Below are positions 49,595 through 59,072 of a DNA stretch of 64,000 nt, piece by piece; the first letter of the stretch is position 1; each line of letters starts with the position of its first letter. This DNA comes from an uncultured Desulfatitalea sp. Lineage in GTDB: Bacteria; Desulfobacterota; Desulfobacteria; Desulfobacterales; Desulfosarcinaceae. The notes under the pieces are model-generated. The model made no database searches. It had not been told where the DNA came from and was given only the letters and a program-made list of their open reading frames with translations. The position numbers and the translations under genes are program-made. The stretch covers positions 448,001 through 512,000 of the forward strand of contig CAXXMB010000002.1 in the NCBI GenBank assembly GCA_963668675.2. The letters are read 5' to 3'.

Positions 49595-51877
49595 TTATTT
49601 CAGTTTTTCATCCCTTACGGTCACACCCAGGGCAGCCAGCTCCTGCCGAAGCTTGTCGGCAAGTTTCCAATTGCGCATTTTGCGCGCCTCGACCCGCTGG
49701 CTCAACAGCTGTTGGATGCGGGGATCTTCGCTGCTCATCTCGAAGCTGAAGATGCCGAGAACGGCATCGATGCCCTTGAATGCCGACACGACCGGCGATA
49801 CCTGCGCGGGTGCGAGGGCATGCCTTGCAACGAGGCGATTGAGCTGCTTGACCACCGAAAAGATAGCTGCCAGGGCGGCGGAGATGTTTGCGTCGTCTTC
49901 GATGGCCGAATTGAAACCGTTTTTCAGATCGTAGAGCAGTTGGTCCAGCTCTTTGAACGGTTCGCCCCTGTCAAGCCGCTGGAGGGATGCCACGCATCCG
50001 TCCAGACGCTGAAGAGCCCTGCGCGCATACTGAAGACGTTCCTGTGAGTAGATCACGGGCTTGCTGTAGTGGGTGGAGAGAAGCCAGAAGCGAACTTCAC
50101 GGCCGCTCCACCCCTGGGCCAACAGGTCGCGCACCGCGAGGCCGCCATCCTTCTCATTGACCTTTTTCCCGTCCACCAGCACACGATCACAGTGCAGCCA
50201 GAACCGGGCCAGGGGCTTTTTGTTGAGCGCACCGGCAATGGCGATCTCGTTTTCATGCAAGGGAAAGAGCAGTTCGCGTCCGGCGATGTGGATATCGCAG
50301 GTTTCGCCCAGATACTTCATGGCCAGGGTGGCGCACTGCAGCGGCCAGGAGGGCTGTACGTTGCCCCATGGGGTCTTGGTGTACAATCCTTTTTTCAGTT
50401 CGGAGAGGCGTACCCGTTTGAGCAGGGTAAAGTCACGTGGGTTGTCCTTTTCGTAATCGTCCAGATCGACGGTGGCGCCCAGCCGGATCTTGTTCAGGTC
50501 GATTCCGGAAAGCTGTCCGTAAGTCTCGAACTTTGAGATATCGAAATAGAGGGAACGCAGCTTTTCGTAGGCAAACCCCTTGTTGACCAGTTGCTGCACC
50601 ACCTGGACCATATCATCCGTATGGTCGCTGGAGCGCGGGTAGTGCTCGACCGTTCGAATCCCCAATGCGTCGCGGTCCTGCTCGAAAGCAGCGATATTGC
50701 GATCTGCAAAATCGGCCGGCGCCATGCCCGCTTCATCCGCGCCATGAAAGGTTTTATCGTCCAGGTCGGTAATGTTGGTGACATGCAGCACCGAAAACCC
50801 ACGGTAGGCCAAATAGCGGTCGACAAGATCGGCAAAGACAAACCGGCGGGCCTCACCCACGTGAATCGGGGCATGCGCAGTCGGCCCATTGGTGTACAGG
50901 GTCACCCGGTCACCGCGCAGAGGGGCAAATATCTCGCGTGTGCGCGTGCGGGTATTAAACAAGCTCAGCCCCACCTTCTCCCGCTCGGTGAAAAGGGACG
51001 TCGAAAGGTAGCGCTCACCGCTGTCCGGCAAAATGACAACAATCATACCCGAAGTCATCCCGGATGCCTGACGCACTGCAGCAGCCATGGCCGCACCGCT
51101 GCTCATGCCCACAAAAAGCCCCTCTTCACGGGCCAGGCGGCGGGCCATCTCGAAAGCCTCTTCATCCTCGATGTTGACCTTGATGTCCAGACGATCTTTG
51201 TCGAATATTTCTGGCTGGTAGGACTCTTTTAAGTTCTTGAGCCCTTGGATTTTATGCCCCAGGTAGGGCTCCACTCCCACAATGACGGTGGCGCGATTCA
51301 ACTCCTTCATGCGCCGCGACAATCCCATCAGGGTGCCTGAGGTGCCAAGCGTGGCCACAATAGTGGTCACCTCCCCTCCGGTCTGCTCCCAGATTTCGTT
51401 GGCGGTACCATGGTAATGGGCCTGCCAGTTGGCCTCATTGTTGTACTGATCGGTGATGTAGTACGTTTCGGGAAACTCGCGCGCGAGGCGGTACGCCTCC
51501 TCGATGGCGCCATCGGTACCAAGATGGCCGGGGGTCAGCAGTATCTCCGCCCCGCGTGCCCTTAATATCTTCTGGCGCTCGACGCTGGCGGTCTCCGACA
51601 TGGTGAGCAGCAGCTTGTACCCTTTAAGGGTGCACACCATGGCCAGACCGATACCGGTGTTGCCGCTGGTTGCCTCGACCACGGTCTTGCCGGGCGTCAA
51701 CTCCCCGGAACGCTCGGCCGCCTCGATCATTGAAAGCGCGGCGCGATCCTTGATGGACCCGCCCGGGTTGAGATACTCGAGTTTGGCCAGGATAGGGACC
51801 CGGGGGTTGGGATTGACCCGCCGGATCTCAACCAGCGGTGTGTTGCCGATCAAGTCGAGGATAGATGAAAATTTCAT
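49595..51877 (-). CDS. Cysteine synthase (CysK/CysM-type) fused to a degenerate cysteinyl-tRNA synthetase-like region
   Basis: PLP lysine motif NPGGSIKDR, TSGNTG, GTSGT, PDSGERYLST; then CysRS-like FNT..R, GPT, NITDLDDK, YFD, DF.L.K, HENE and an anticodon-domain-like tail. Confidence 0.9.
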   Translation of the reverse strand: MKFSSILDLIGNTPLVEIRRVNPNPRVPILAKLEYLNPGGSIKDRAALSMIEAAERSGELTPGKTVVEATSGNTGIGLAMVCTLKGYKLLLTMSETASVERQKILRARGAEILLTPGHLGTDGAIEEAYRLAREFPETYYITDQYNNEANWQAHYHGTANEIWEQTGGEVTTIVATLGTSGTLMGLSRRMKELNRATVIVGVEPYLGHKIQGLKNLKESYQPEIFDKDRLDIKVNIEDEEAFEMARRLAREEGLFVGMSSGAAMAAAVRQASGMTSGMIVVILPDSGERYLSTSLFTEREKVGLSLFNTRTRTREIFAPLRGDRVTLYTNGPTAHAPIHVGEARRFVFADLVDRYLAYRGFSVLHVTNITDLDDKTFHGADEAGMAPADFADRNIAAFEQDRDALGIRTVEHYPRSSDHTDDMVQVVQQLVNKGFAYEKLRSLYFDISKFETYGQLSGIDLNKIRLGATVDLDDYEKDNPRDFTLLKRVRLSELKKGLYTKTPWGNVQPSWPLQCATLAMKYLGETCDIHIAGRELLFPLHENEIAIAGALNKKPLARFWLHCDRVLVDGKKVNEKDGGLAVRDLLAQGWSGREVRFWLLSTHYSKPVIYSQERLQYARRALQRLDGCVASLQRLDRGEPFKELDQLLYDLKNGFNSAIEDDANISAALAAIFSVVKQLNRLVARHALAPAQVSPVVSAFKGIDAVLGIFSFEMSSEDPRIQQLLSQRVEARKMRNWKLADKLRQELAALGVTVRDEKLK

Positions 51878-51898
51878 GGCTTCCTGTATGACCTATCT

Positions 51899-51931
51899 AA
51901 CTTTGGCTTAGCCTTGGCTTAACCTTGGCGT
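51899..51931. repeat. Three 11-bp direct repeats upstream of the cysteine synthase fusion
   Basis: AACTTTGGCTT AGCCTTGGCTT AACCTTGGCGT. Confidence 0.6.
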
Positions 51932-51977
51932 ATACCGGCGCGTTCTGAGTGCCTCATGAAGAGATCAGCCCCTGGCA

Positions 51978-52619
51978 TCACTTTTTTTGGGGCAGAACCG
52001 TTGCCAACACCCCTTCGATGCTGTGGGCGACCGCCTGCGGGCTTTGATCGGCAGCGATAATCCGGAATCGATCGGGCGCCAGCCGGGCCATATCCAGGTA
52101 TCCGTCTCGTACGGCCTGGTGGAAATCGAGCTTCTCCTGTTCGAAGCGGGTCTCCTTTTGAGTGCGTCCGCCACGGTTGATCTGCCGCCACGCCCGCTCC
52201 AGCCCCAGATGCGGCTCGAGGTCGAACAGCAGGGTCAGATCGGGCTGCAGGCCACCGCACGCCAGCTGGTGCAGCGATCGAATCATCTCCTTGTCCAGCC
52301 CCCTGGCGTATCCCTGATATACCATCGTGGCATCGAAGTAGCGGTCGCAGATCACCACGCGGCCGGCTGCCAGGTGAGGTTGAATAACGTTGCGAATATG
52401 CTGCACCCGATCAGCGGTATAAAGCAGCAGTTCTACTGTCGGATCCATATCGCTGTTGCGGGGATCGAGTAAAACCCCTCTGATCTGGGCGCCGATTTCA
52501 GTCCCGCCCGGCTCCCGCGAAGTGACGCACTCATAGCCCCTGGCCTTCAAAAATGCAACGATGTTCTCTATCTGGGTACTCTTGCCCGAGCCCTCAATCC
52601 CTTCAAGGGTAATGAACAT
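51978..52619 (-). CDS. tmk: Thymidylate kinase
   Basis: FITLEGIEGSGKSTQ, REPGGT, CDRY, YQGYARG, PDLT. Confidence 0.95.
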   Translation of the reverse strand: MFITLEGIEGSGKSTQIENIVAFLKARGYECVTSREPGGTEIGAQIRGVLLDPRNSDMDPTVELLLYTADRVQHIRNVIQPHLAAGRVVICDRYFDATMVYQGYARGLDKEMIRSLHQLACGGLQPDLTLLFDLEPHLGLERAWRQINRGGRTQKETRFEQEKLDFHQAVRDGYLDMARLAPDRFRIIAADQSPQAVAHSIEGVLATVLPQKK

Positions 52620-52651
52620 GTTTATCCCTGTAACTTACTAATAAGATAAGT

Positions 52652-53611
52652 TTATTCGGAATTATTTCCAATATAGAACTGTCGCTCCAGCAGTCGATGG
52701 TAGGAGGTCCATGTCTCCCCCGGGGCTTCGGCGGCCATCAACTCCCGGATGGCATTGACACGCGAATCTATCTCGTCGACATAGTTGAGCAGCACCGCCT
52801 CGATGGTTTTCGGCGGCTCCGGGGAGCCGAAATCACGGGTACCATGATGGCTAACGATCATATGTTTTACCATGGCGGCCAGTTCGGAGGGAAACCCGTT
52901 GATGGCCCGGATCTTCTCCTCCACCATCTGAACGCCGATGACGATGTGGCTGAGGAGGCGCCCCTCGTCGGTATAATCGATGCGGTGGCTGTAAGACAAC
53001 TCGCGCACCTTGCCCACATCGTGCAGCACCGCACCGACCACCAGCAGGTCCCGGTCGACACCGCCGTAATGACCGGCCACCTTGTCGGCCAGCAGAGCCA
53101 TGGAGAGCGTGTGCTCGAGCAGCCCCCCGACATAGGCATGGTGCATCATCTTGGCGGCCGGTGCCCGTTTGAACATCTCGACAAAAGCGCTGTCGTTCCA
53201 GAAGGTGTCCATCAGCGACTTGAGTTGAGGGGATTGAATGGTATCGGTCAGGGTGTTGAGACGGGCAAACATCCGCTCCACATCCCTCTTGGTGGACGGC
53301 AGGAAATCGGCCGGAGACACCTCTTCAACCGGCACGGCCTGGATCGACTTTACGACCAGCTGCAGTGATCCGCGGTACTCGCTCGCCGCGGCTTTAACAA
53401 GAACGTAATCCTCGGCCACCGCCGCCGATGCAGCATTGTCCACATCGTCCCAGACAACCCCTCGTATGCGTCCGCTTTTATCGGTCAGGGTAATTGTCAA
53501 GAAGGGATTGCCATCCCTTTTGTGGGCCATGTTTTTTTCAGCCAGAACGAATATATCCTGAAACGTCTCCCCGGCAACGATATCGGCGATGTATCTCTTT
53601 TTTTCACTCAT
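52652..53611 (-). CDS. YhaM/Cbf1-family 3'-5' exoribonuclease (OB fold plus HD domain)
   Basis: LTDKSG, PAAKMMHHAYVGGLLEHT, LHDVGK, SHHG..FGSP. Confidence 0.88.
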   Translation of the reverse strand: MSEKKRYIADIVAGETFQDIFVLAEKNMAHKRDGNPFLTITLTDKSGRIRGVVWDDVDNAASAAVAEDYVLVKAAASEYRGSLQLVVKSIQAVPVEEVSPADFLPSTKRDVERMFARLNTLTDTIQSPQLKSLMDTFWNDSAFVEMFKRAPAAKMMHHAYVGGLLEHTLSMALLADKVAGHYGGVDRDLLVVGAVLHDVGKVRELSYSHRIDYTDEGRLLSHIVIGVQMVEEKIRAINGFPSELAAMVKHMIVSHHGTRDFGSPEPPKTIEAVLLNYVDEIDSRVNAIRELMAAEAPGETWTSYHRLLERQFYIGNNSE

Positions 53612-54326
53612 CGCCATCACCTGTGATGCACTTTTCAACATCGAGGATGGTGCTTCCGCCAACATAATTGCGTGTTTTTACACTGGTGATATCTGCTAAT
53701 TTCCTTGTCATTTCTCCCATTTGCTCCACACGCAACCGGATGGCGTCCAGGTGATCGAAAAGCGCTTTGCCGGGCTCGATGTCCATCATTAAAAGCTGTA
53801 TGGTGCCCAGCACATACTGCAGCGGCTGATTGAGTTCATGGCACACCCCACCTGCCGTCTCCAGAACGCCTTTGAGCTTCTCCTCCTCGGCCAGTTCCCG
53901 CGCCATGCGCCGTTGCATGATCGCCGTCTGGACCCTCGCCAGCAACTCAACACGGCTGACCGGCTTGCGAACATAATCGCTGCCGCCTGCGGCGAACGCG
54001 GCTTCCAAGGTCTCATCGTCGGTGTTTCCGGTAACGAAGATGACCGGCACATGGCGGCAAACCGCATTGGTTTTCAGCGTCTGGCAAGTTTCGATGCCGT
54101 CCATGCGGGGCATGCTGACATCCATGATGATCAGATCGGGCAGGAGAGATATGGCACAATCGAGGCACTCCCGACCGTTGGAAGCCGTTTCGACACGGTA
54201 GCCGGTCTGACCGAGCATGTTCTTCAGGAACTCCTTGCTGATAGGGTCGTCCTCGGCCACCAGAATCATTGGCGGGGGGTCCTGTCGCAGTTGAAGATAT
54301 GGCTCGCTCAATAGTGGCTTCTCCAT
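53604..54326 (-). CDS. Response regulator with C-terminal HisKA-like helix and no ATPase domain
   Basis: Receiver (VAEDD, MDVSMP, KP); AGGVCHELNQPL. Confidence 0.85.
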   Translation of the reverse strand: MEKPLLSEPYLQLRQDPPPMILVAEDDPISKEFLKNMLGQTGYRVETASNGRECLDCAISLLPDLIIMDVSMPRMDGIETCQTLKTNAVCRHVPVIFVTGNTDDETLEAAFAAGGSDYVRKPVSRVELLARVQTAIMQRRMARELAEEEKLKGVLETAGGVCHELNQPLQYVLGTIQLLMMDIEPGKALFDHLDAIRLRVEQMGEMTRKLADITSVKTRNYVGGSTILDVEKCITGDGDE

Positions 54327-54395
54327 GTGCGCCTCCAGTCTCTTAGATGCCCTTGTAACTTACCCGGAAGAGGGGTTGCCAGTGCCCGGCTATCG

Positions 54396-55175
54396 CTATC
54401 TGCCCAGGTCCCATTGTCTCATCTCTTCCAGCAGGTCGTAATCGGTCATATCGCAACGGACCGGCGTTATTGCGATATAGCCTTTGTTGAGCAATGCGCC
54501 ATCCGTATCCGAATGGGCGTAGTTCGGCTGCGAGTCATACCCATGCCAATAGTACCGTCGGTTGCGCGGGTCGCGTCGCTTCTCGAAATATTCATCATAC
54601 AGATCGCAACCCTGTCGGCTCAAACGCACGCCGGCCATTTGATCCAGATGTAAATTGGGTAGGTTCACATTTAAAAAGACCCCTTTAGGGAGTCCCTTGG
54701 ACCGCACCGTGGGGATCAGCTGCGCAACGAACCGTGCGGCTTCATTATACAGAGGGGATTCAGCGCCCTGAATCGATACCGCTATGGCCGCCACCCCGTA
54801 AAGGGAGGCCTCTTTGGCGGCCGCCACCGTCCCTGAATAGTTGAGGTTGATACCGACGTTGACCCCCGGATTGATGCCGGAGACGACCAGATCGGGCAAC
54901 GGGTCAAAGAGCTCGATCATGGCCAGCTTGATGCAATCGACCGGCGTACCGGTGACGGCCCACCCCTCGAATCCTCCGTTGACCTCTACCTTACAGGCCC
55001 GCAACGGTTTATGCAACGTGATGGCGTGGCTGACGGCACTTCTTTCCCGCTCTGGCGCAACCACCACCACCTGATGGTGGGGGGCCAGGGCACGGTAAAG
55101 CGCCCGCAGTCCAGGCGCCTGAATACCGTCGTCATTGGTCAATAATATGGTCAGGCCGGTTTCGGTTGCCGTCAT
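54396..55175 (-). CDS. surE: 5'/3'-nucleotidase SurE
   Basis: LLTNDDG, GTPVDC, SGINPG.N, YSGTVAAA. Confidence 0.95.
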   Translation of the reverse strand: MTATETGLTILLTNDDGIQAPGLRALYRALAPHHQVVVVAPERERSAVSHAITLHKPLRACKVEVNGGFEGWAVTGTPVDCIKLAMIELFDPLPDLVVSGINPGVNVGINLNYSGTVAAAKEASLYGVAAIAVSIQGAESPLYNEAARFVAQLIPTVRSKGLPKGVFLNVNLPNLHLDQMAGVRLSRQGCDLYDEYFEKRRDPRNRRYYWHGYDSQPNYAHSDTDGALLNKGYIAITPVRCDMTDYDLLEEMRQWDLGR

Positions 55176-55399
55176 CTTCTCAATGCACCTGTTTCCAATA
55201 AACGGTTTTTGAATTGATTTTTAAGTATTTCTCGCTCTATATTGAAAATTTTGAACAGAGGCAAGGAGATTCCAACCGGTTCCAATCGCCCCAGATTTGA
55301 GTAATTCAGGCATGCCGGACTCAGGTAATTTCGGAATTCAACTTACAAACCACCCGGCCGCTTCGTGATTGTCGGGTAAGCGACCCCATCTCGTATTCG

Positions 55400-57715
55400 A
55401 TGAGTTTGACATTCAGCATGCAGCCGTGGAAGGCGCAAAAACTCGCCCCTCTCTTCCCGATGGCCAGGCTGGCCATCCTGATGGCCACAGTTCTGATCCT
55501 TCTCATCGGTGCGCCCGTCGCCCTTGCGGCCGCCGAGGATGATCAATCCACCCCCAAGGACGAGAGTTGGCACATCAGCGCCGATAGCATTCAATACGAT
55601 CAGGCCGCTGACGAATATATGGCCAGTGGCAATGTAAGCGTGTCACGGGAGGGTCGCACCCTGACGGCCGACATGGTGCGCCTCAACCAGAAGAGCCGCC
55701 AGGCCTGGGCCGAAGGCAATGTGCGCCTCCTGTCGGGCAAGGATTTGATTACCGGTCACAAAATGGAGTTGAACCTGGATACGGAGACCGGCTCGATATC
55801 AGAGGGCACGCTCTTCTTTTCCGAAAACCATCTCTACGTATCAGGCCGTGAGGTCAGCAAGACCGGCCCCGCGACCTACCATATCCTCGATGCCGACGCG
55901 ACCACCTGCGATGGCGACCGTCCGGATTGGCATATTACCGCCAAAGACCTGGAAGTGACCATCGAAGGATACGGCTTCGCCAAACACACCGCCTTCTGGG
56001 CTCGGCGGATGCCCCTGCTCTATAGCCCCTATTTCATCTTCCCGGTCAAACTCAAACGCCAGTCGGGGCTGCTGGCCCCTGAATTCGGAATTTCGGACCG
56101 CAAGGGCGCGGCCTATCTGCAACCCCTCTTCTGGGCCATCAACGACAGCATGGACGCCACCGTCTTCGCCCACTACATGGCCAAACGCGGGACACGCCTG
56201 GGAGGGGAGTTCCGCTACGTTGCCAGTGAACGCGCCCGGGGCGCTTTTATGGGCGACGGATTTGAGGACCGGAAAGTGGATGACGGCCAGGGGGACAACA
56301 GCGACCGATGGGGCTACACCGATGACGCCTATTTGAGGCCAAATTCGGACCGCTACTGGTTTCGCGGCAAAATCGATCAGAACCTGCCTTTGGGCGCGAC
56401 GGCCAAACTCGATCTGGATCTGGTCAGCGACCAGGACTATCTGAAGGAGTTCAAAGACGGGGTCAACGGATTTGACGAAACACGAGGCTATTTCATAGAG
56501 CAGTTCAGCCGCGACATCGATGATTACAACGATCCCGTCCGGCGCAACCAGCTCAACATCAACCGCATGTGGCGCGGCTACACCCTCAATATGGATGCGC
56601 GCTGGTATGACGATGTGATCAAACGCCGCCAGGATGACACCAAGGATACGCTGCAAAACCTGCCCCAGATCTCTCTGGACGGCACCAAGAAAAGGCTTGC
56701 CGGTCTGCCGCTCTACTTCGACCTGCTCTCCAGCTACACCCACTTTTTCCGGGAGGAGGGAACCAGGGGCCACCGGGCCGACCTCTATCCCCGCCTCTAC
56801 TACCCCATGCGCCTCCTTGGCGCCGTCAATGTCGAACCGTCAGCCGGTCTGCGCCAGACCGTCTGGCACATCGACACCTACGAGACGCCGCCCGAGGACG
56901 GCGACAAGGATTTCTACCGGGCGATATACGATCTCAAACTGGACACCAGCGCCGATGCCTATCGCGTTTTCAAAACAGATATAGCCGGTTGCGACAGCAT
57001 CAAGCACGGCATCACGCCTCGAATTGTCTATGAGTACACCCCACGGAAAGATCAAGAGAGCTACCCTGAATTCGATTCGCTGGATCGAATCGATGCCAGC
57101 AATCTGATCACCTACTCGCTGACCAACACCCTGGTCGCCCGCAGGCCCCGAACAGGGTCTGACGACAGCGAGGGCCCCGGAAACAGCTATATCCCTTTTC
57201 TCAGGCTCAAACTGGAAGAGAGCTTCGATATCGACAAGCACAAGGACGACTTGCCGAGGCCCTTCTCCGACATCCTGGCTGAACTGGACATCACTCCGGG
57301 CCGCTATCTCTCACTGGATTCAGACGCCCTCTGGCGCCCTTATGACAGCCGGTTCTACGGCTTCAATGCCGCCTTGAACCTGTGGAGCCTCCGTGGCGAC
57401 CGCCTCCGCGCCGAATACCGTTTCACACGCGAAGAACCCGAGGACACCGTTTTAGATACACCTGCCGTGACAGGGGTTCAAAGCATCGACCTGACCGGTT
57501 CATTCGTGGTGACACCCAGTTGGCTGTTGAGAGGAAAATATGAACACAACATCGAAGAGAACCAACTGATCGAGATCGGCGGCGGTATCTCCTACCGTTC
57601 CCAATGCTGGGGAGTGGACCTGGACTACACTGTGGAGGAGGAGACGGATGGGAAAAATCGCAGCATCTCTTTCATGGTGCATCTGACCGGTCTGGGAAGC
57701 TTCGGCTCCAATTAG
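55400..57715 (+). CDS. lptD: LPS-assembly outer-membrane protein LptD (start probably somewhat downstream)
   Basis: ISADSIQY, ASGNV, TTCD..PDW, KRQSGLL.P, SDQDY, YRSQCW, C-terminal LTGLG. Confidence 0.88.
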   Translation: MSLTFSMQPWKAQKLAPLFPMARLAILMATVLILLIGAPVALAAAEDDQSTPKDESWHISADSIQYDQAADEYMASGNVSVSREGRTLTADMVRLNQKSRQAWAEGNVRLLSGKDLITGHKMELNLDTETGSISEGTLFFSENHLYVSGREVSKTGPATYHILDADATTCDGDRPDWHITAKDLEVTIEGYGFAKHTAFWARRMPLLYSPYFIFPVKLKRQSGLLAPEFGISDRKGAAYLQPLFWAINDSMDATVFAHYMAKRGTRLGGEFRYVASERARGAFMGDGFEDRKVDDGQGDNSDRWGYTDDAYLRPNSDRYWFRGKIDQNLPLGATAKLDLDLVSDQDYLKEFKDGVNGFDETRGYFIEQFSRDIDDYNDPVRRNQLNINRMWRGYTLNMDARWYDDVIKRRQDDTKDTLQNLPQISLDGTKKRLAGLPLYFDLLSSYTHFFREEGTRGHRADLYPRLYYPMRLLGAVNVEPSAGLRQTVWHIDTYETPPEDGDKDFYRAIYDLKLDTSADAYRVFKTDIAGCDSIKHGITPRIVYEYTPRKDQESYPEFDSLDRIDASNLITYSLTNTLVARRPRTGSDDSEGPGNSYIPFLRLKLEESFDIDKHKDDLPRPFSDILAELDITPGRYLSLDSDALWRPYDSRFYGFNAALNLWSLRGDRLRAEYRFTREEPEDTVLDTPAVTGVQSIDLTGSFVVTPSWLLRGKYEHNIEENQLIEIGGGISYRSQCWGVDLDYTVEEETDGKNRSISFMVHLTGLGSFGSN

Positions 57716-57838
57716 TCCTGAATTTGTGAAAGCCGGAGGACTCCAAATCCAGCGTTGGCAAGGGATCACAGTAGTCGACTACGGCGTCACCCTTGCCGCC
57801 TTGACTCTGAAGCCCTCCGGCTTTCACAAATTCAGGAC
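57715..57838. repeat. 124-bp nested palindromic element
   Basis: 25-bp perfect IR GTCCTGAATTTGTGAAAGCCGGAGG; inner GGCAAGGG/CCCTTGCC; central GTAGTCGACTAC. Confidence 0.85.
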
Positions 57839-58007
57839 CAAACTGACAAGACGAGAGTTCAAATCGGCTCAAAGCTGATCAGTCTTGCAAAAACGATTGA
57901 CATTCAACGCATTTTTCGCTCTATGGAGGGCGACCTGACGGTGGCGTGGATCGATCGAACGGTTCTGCTCCATCTATCCCAACACAATAAAAAGACATCT
58001 GCCCAAT

Positions 58008-58535
58008 ATGCCTGCTGATAAACTCATACCCGCTTGGTATGTATTGCATACCAAGAGCCGTTTTGAAAATGTGGTCAACGAGGGGCTACAGAAGAAGACG
58101 ATCGAGGTGTTCTTGCCCAAGATCACAGTGCCCAGCCGACGCAAAGACCGTAAAAAAATGATCCGGGTGCCGCTCTTTCCCGGCTATGTTTTCGTCAACA
58201 GCAACCTTCACCCCAACCACCACCTCGATATTCTCAAAACGGTCGGCGCCGTCAAGCTCATTGGCGATAAATCAGGTCCCATCTCCGTGCCTGACGAGAC
58301 CATCGAATCCCTGCGCATTATGGTGGCGACCGAAGGGGACATCACCACCGGTTACAGTTTCTCGCAGGGTGACCGGGTGCTCGTTGTCAACGGCCCCTTT
58401 GCCGGCGTTGTTGGTATCTTCGATCATTTCAAGGGGATGGACAGAATCGTGGTGTTTATCGAAGCCCTGGGACAATTCGCCTCGGTTGAAGTGGATGTCG
58501 CTGATGTGGAGCCCGTTCCCGATGTTTTGAAATAG
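58008..58535 (+). CDS. NusG-paralog transcription antiterminator (RfaH/UpxY/LoaP-like)
   Basis: WYVLHTKSRFE, PLFPGYVFV, KOW GDRVLVVNGPFAG. Confidence 0.88.
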   Translation: MPADKLIPAWYVLHTKSRFENVVNEGLQKKTIEVFLPKITVPSRRKDRKKMIRVPLFPGYVFVNSNLHPNHHLDILKTVGAVKLIGDKSGPISVPDETIESLRIMVATEGDITTGYSFSQGDRVLVVNGPFAGVVGIFDHFKGMDRIVVFIEALGQFASVEVDVADVEPVPDVLK

Positions 58536-58713
58536 AGCGTCCCTGTCAACCGGCGCGCGGCTCGATGCATCGAAATTGCATTTCCGGTTCCCTATAATCT
58601 CCCCCCTGGGTTCGACTGCGGCCGAGACGGCCTTTTGATACCATAACTACTTGACTTCTTGTAAAGTTCTGTTTTATAGTCAGTTCGTACTGCAAAAAGC
58701 GGAAGGAGGCCCC

Positions 58714-58989
58714 ATGAATAAATTAGAGCTTATCTCTGCGCTGAAAAATGAGATCGGGATATCTAAGACGGAAGCCGCAAAAGTGGTTCAAATCTTCTTC
58801 GACAGCATGACCGATGCCATGGCTCAGGGGAAAAGGGTTGAAATCCGGGGATTGTGCAGCTTTTACGTAAAGAATTACAAAAGCTACGTCGGCAGGAACC
58901 CCAAAACCGGCGAGAAGGTGACCATCCAGCCCAAAAAACTCCCGTTCTTCAAATCCGGGAAAGAGCTGAAAGATCGGGTAGATGCTTAA
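58714..58989 (+). CDS. Integration host factor beta / HU family DNA-binding protein
   Basis: MNKLELI, RVEIRGLCSF, GRNPKTGE, PFFKSGKELK; AAGGAGG RBS. Confidence 0.92.
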   Translation: MNKLELISALKNEIGISKTEAAKVVQIFFDSMTDAMAQGKRVEIRGLCSFYVKNYKSYVGRNPKTGEKVTIQPKKLPFFKSGKELKDRVDA

Positions 58990-59072
58990 CCCGGCGGATG
59001 GTGTGGGTCCACATCTGACGTTCAAGAACCCTTCCAGCGGGCGCCGATGAATGGTGCCGGATAACGTCCCCA

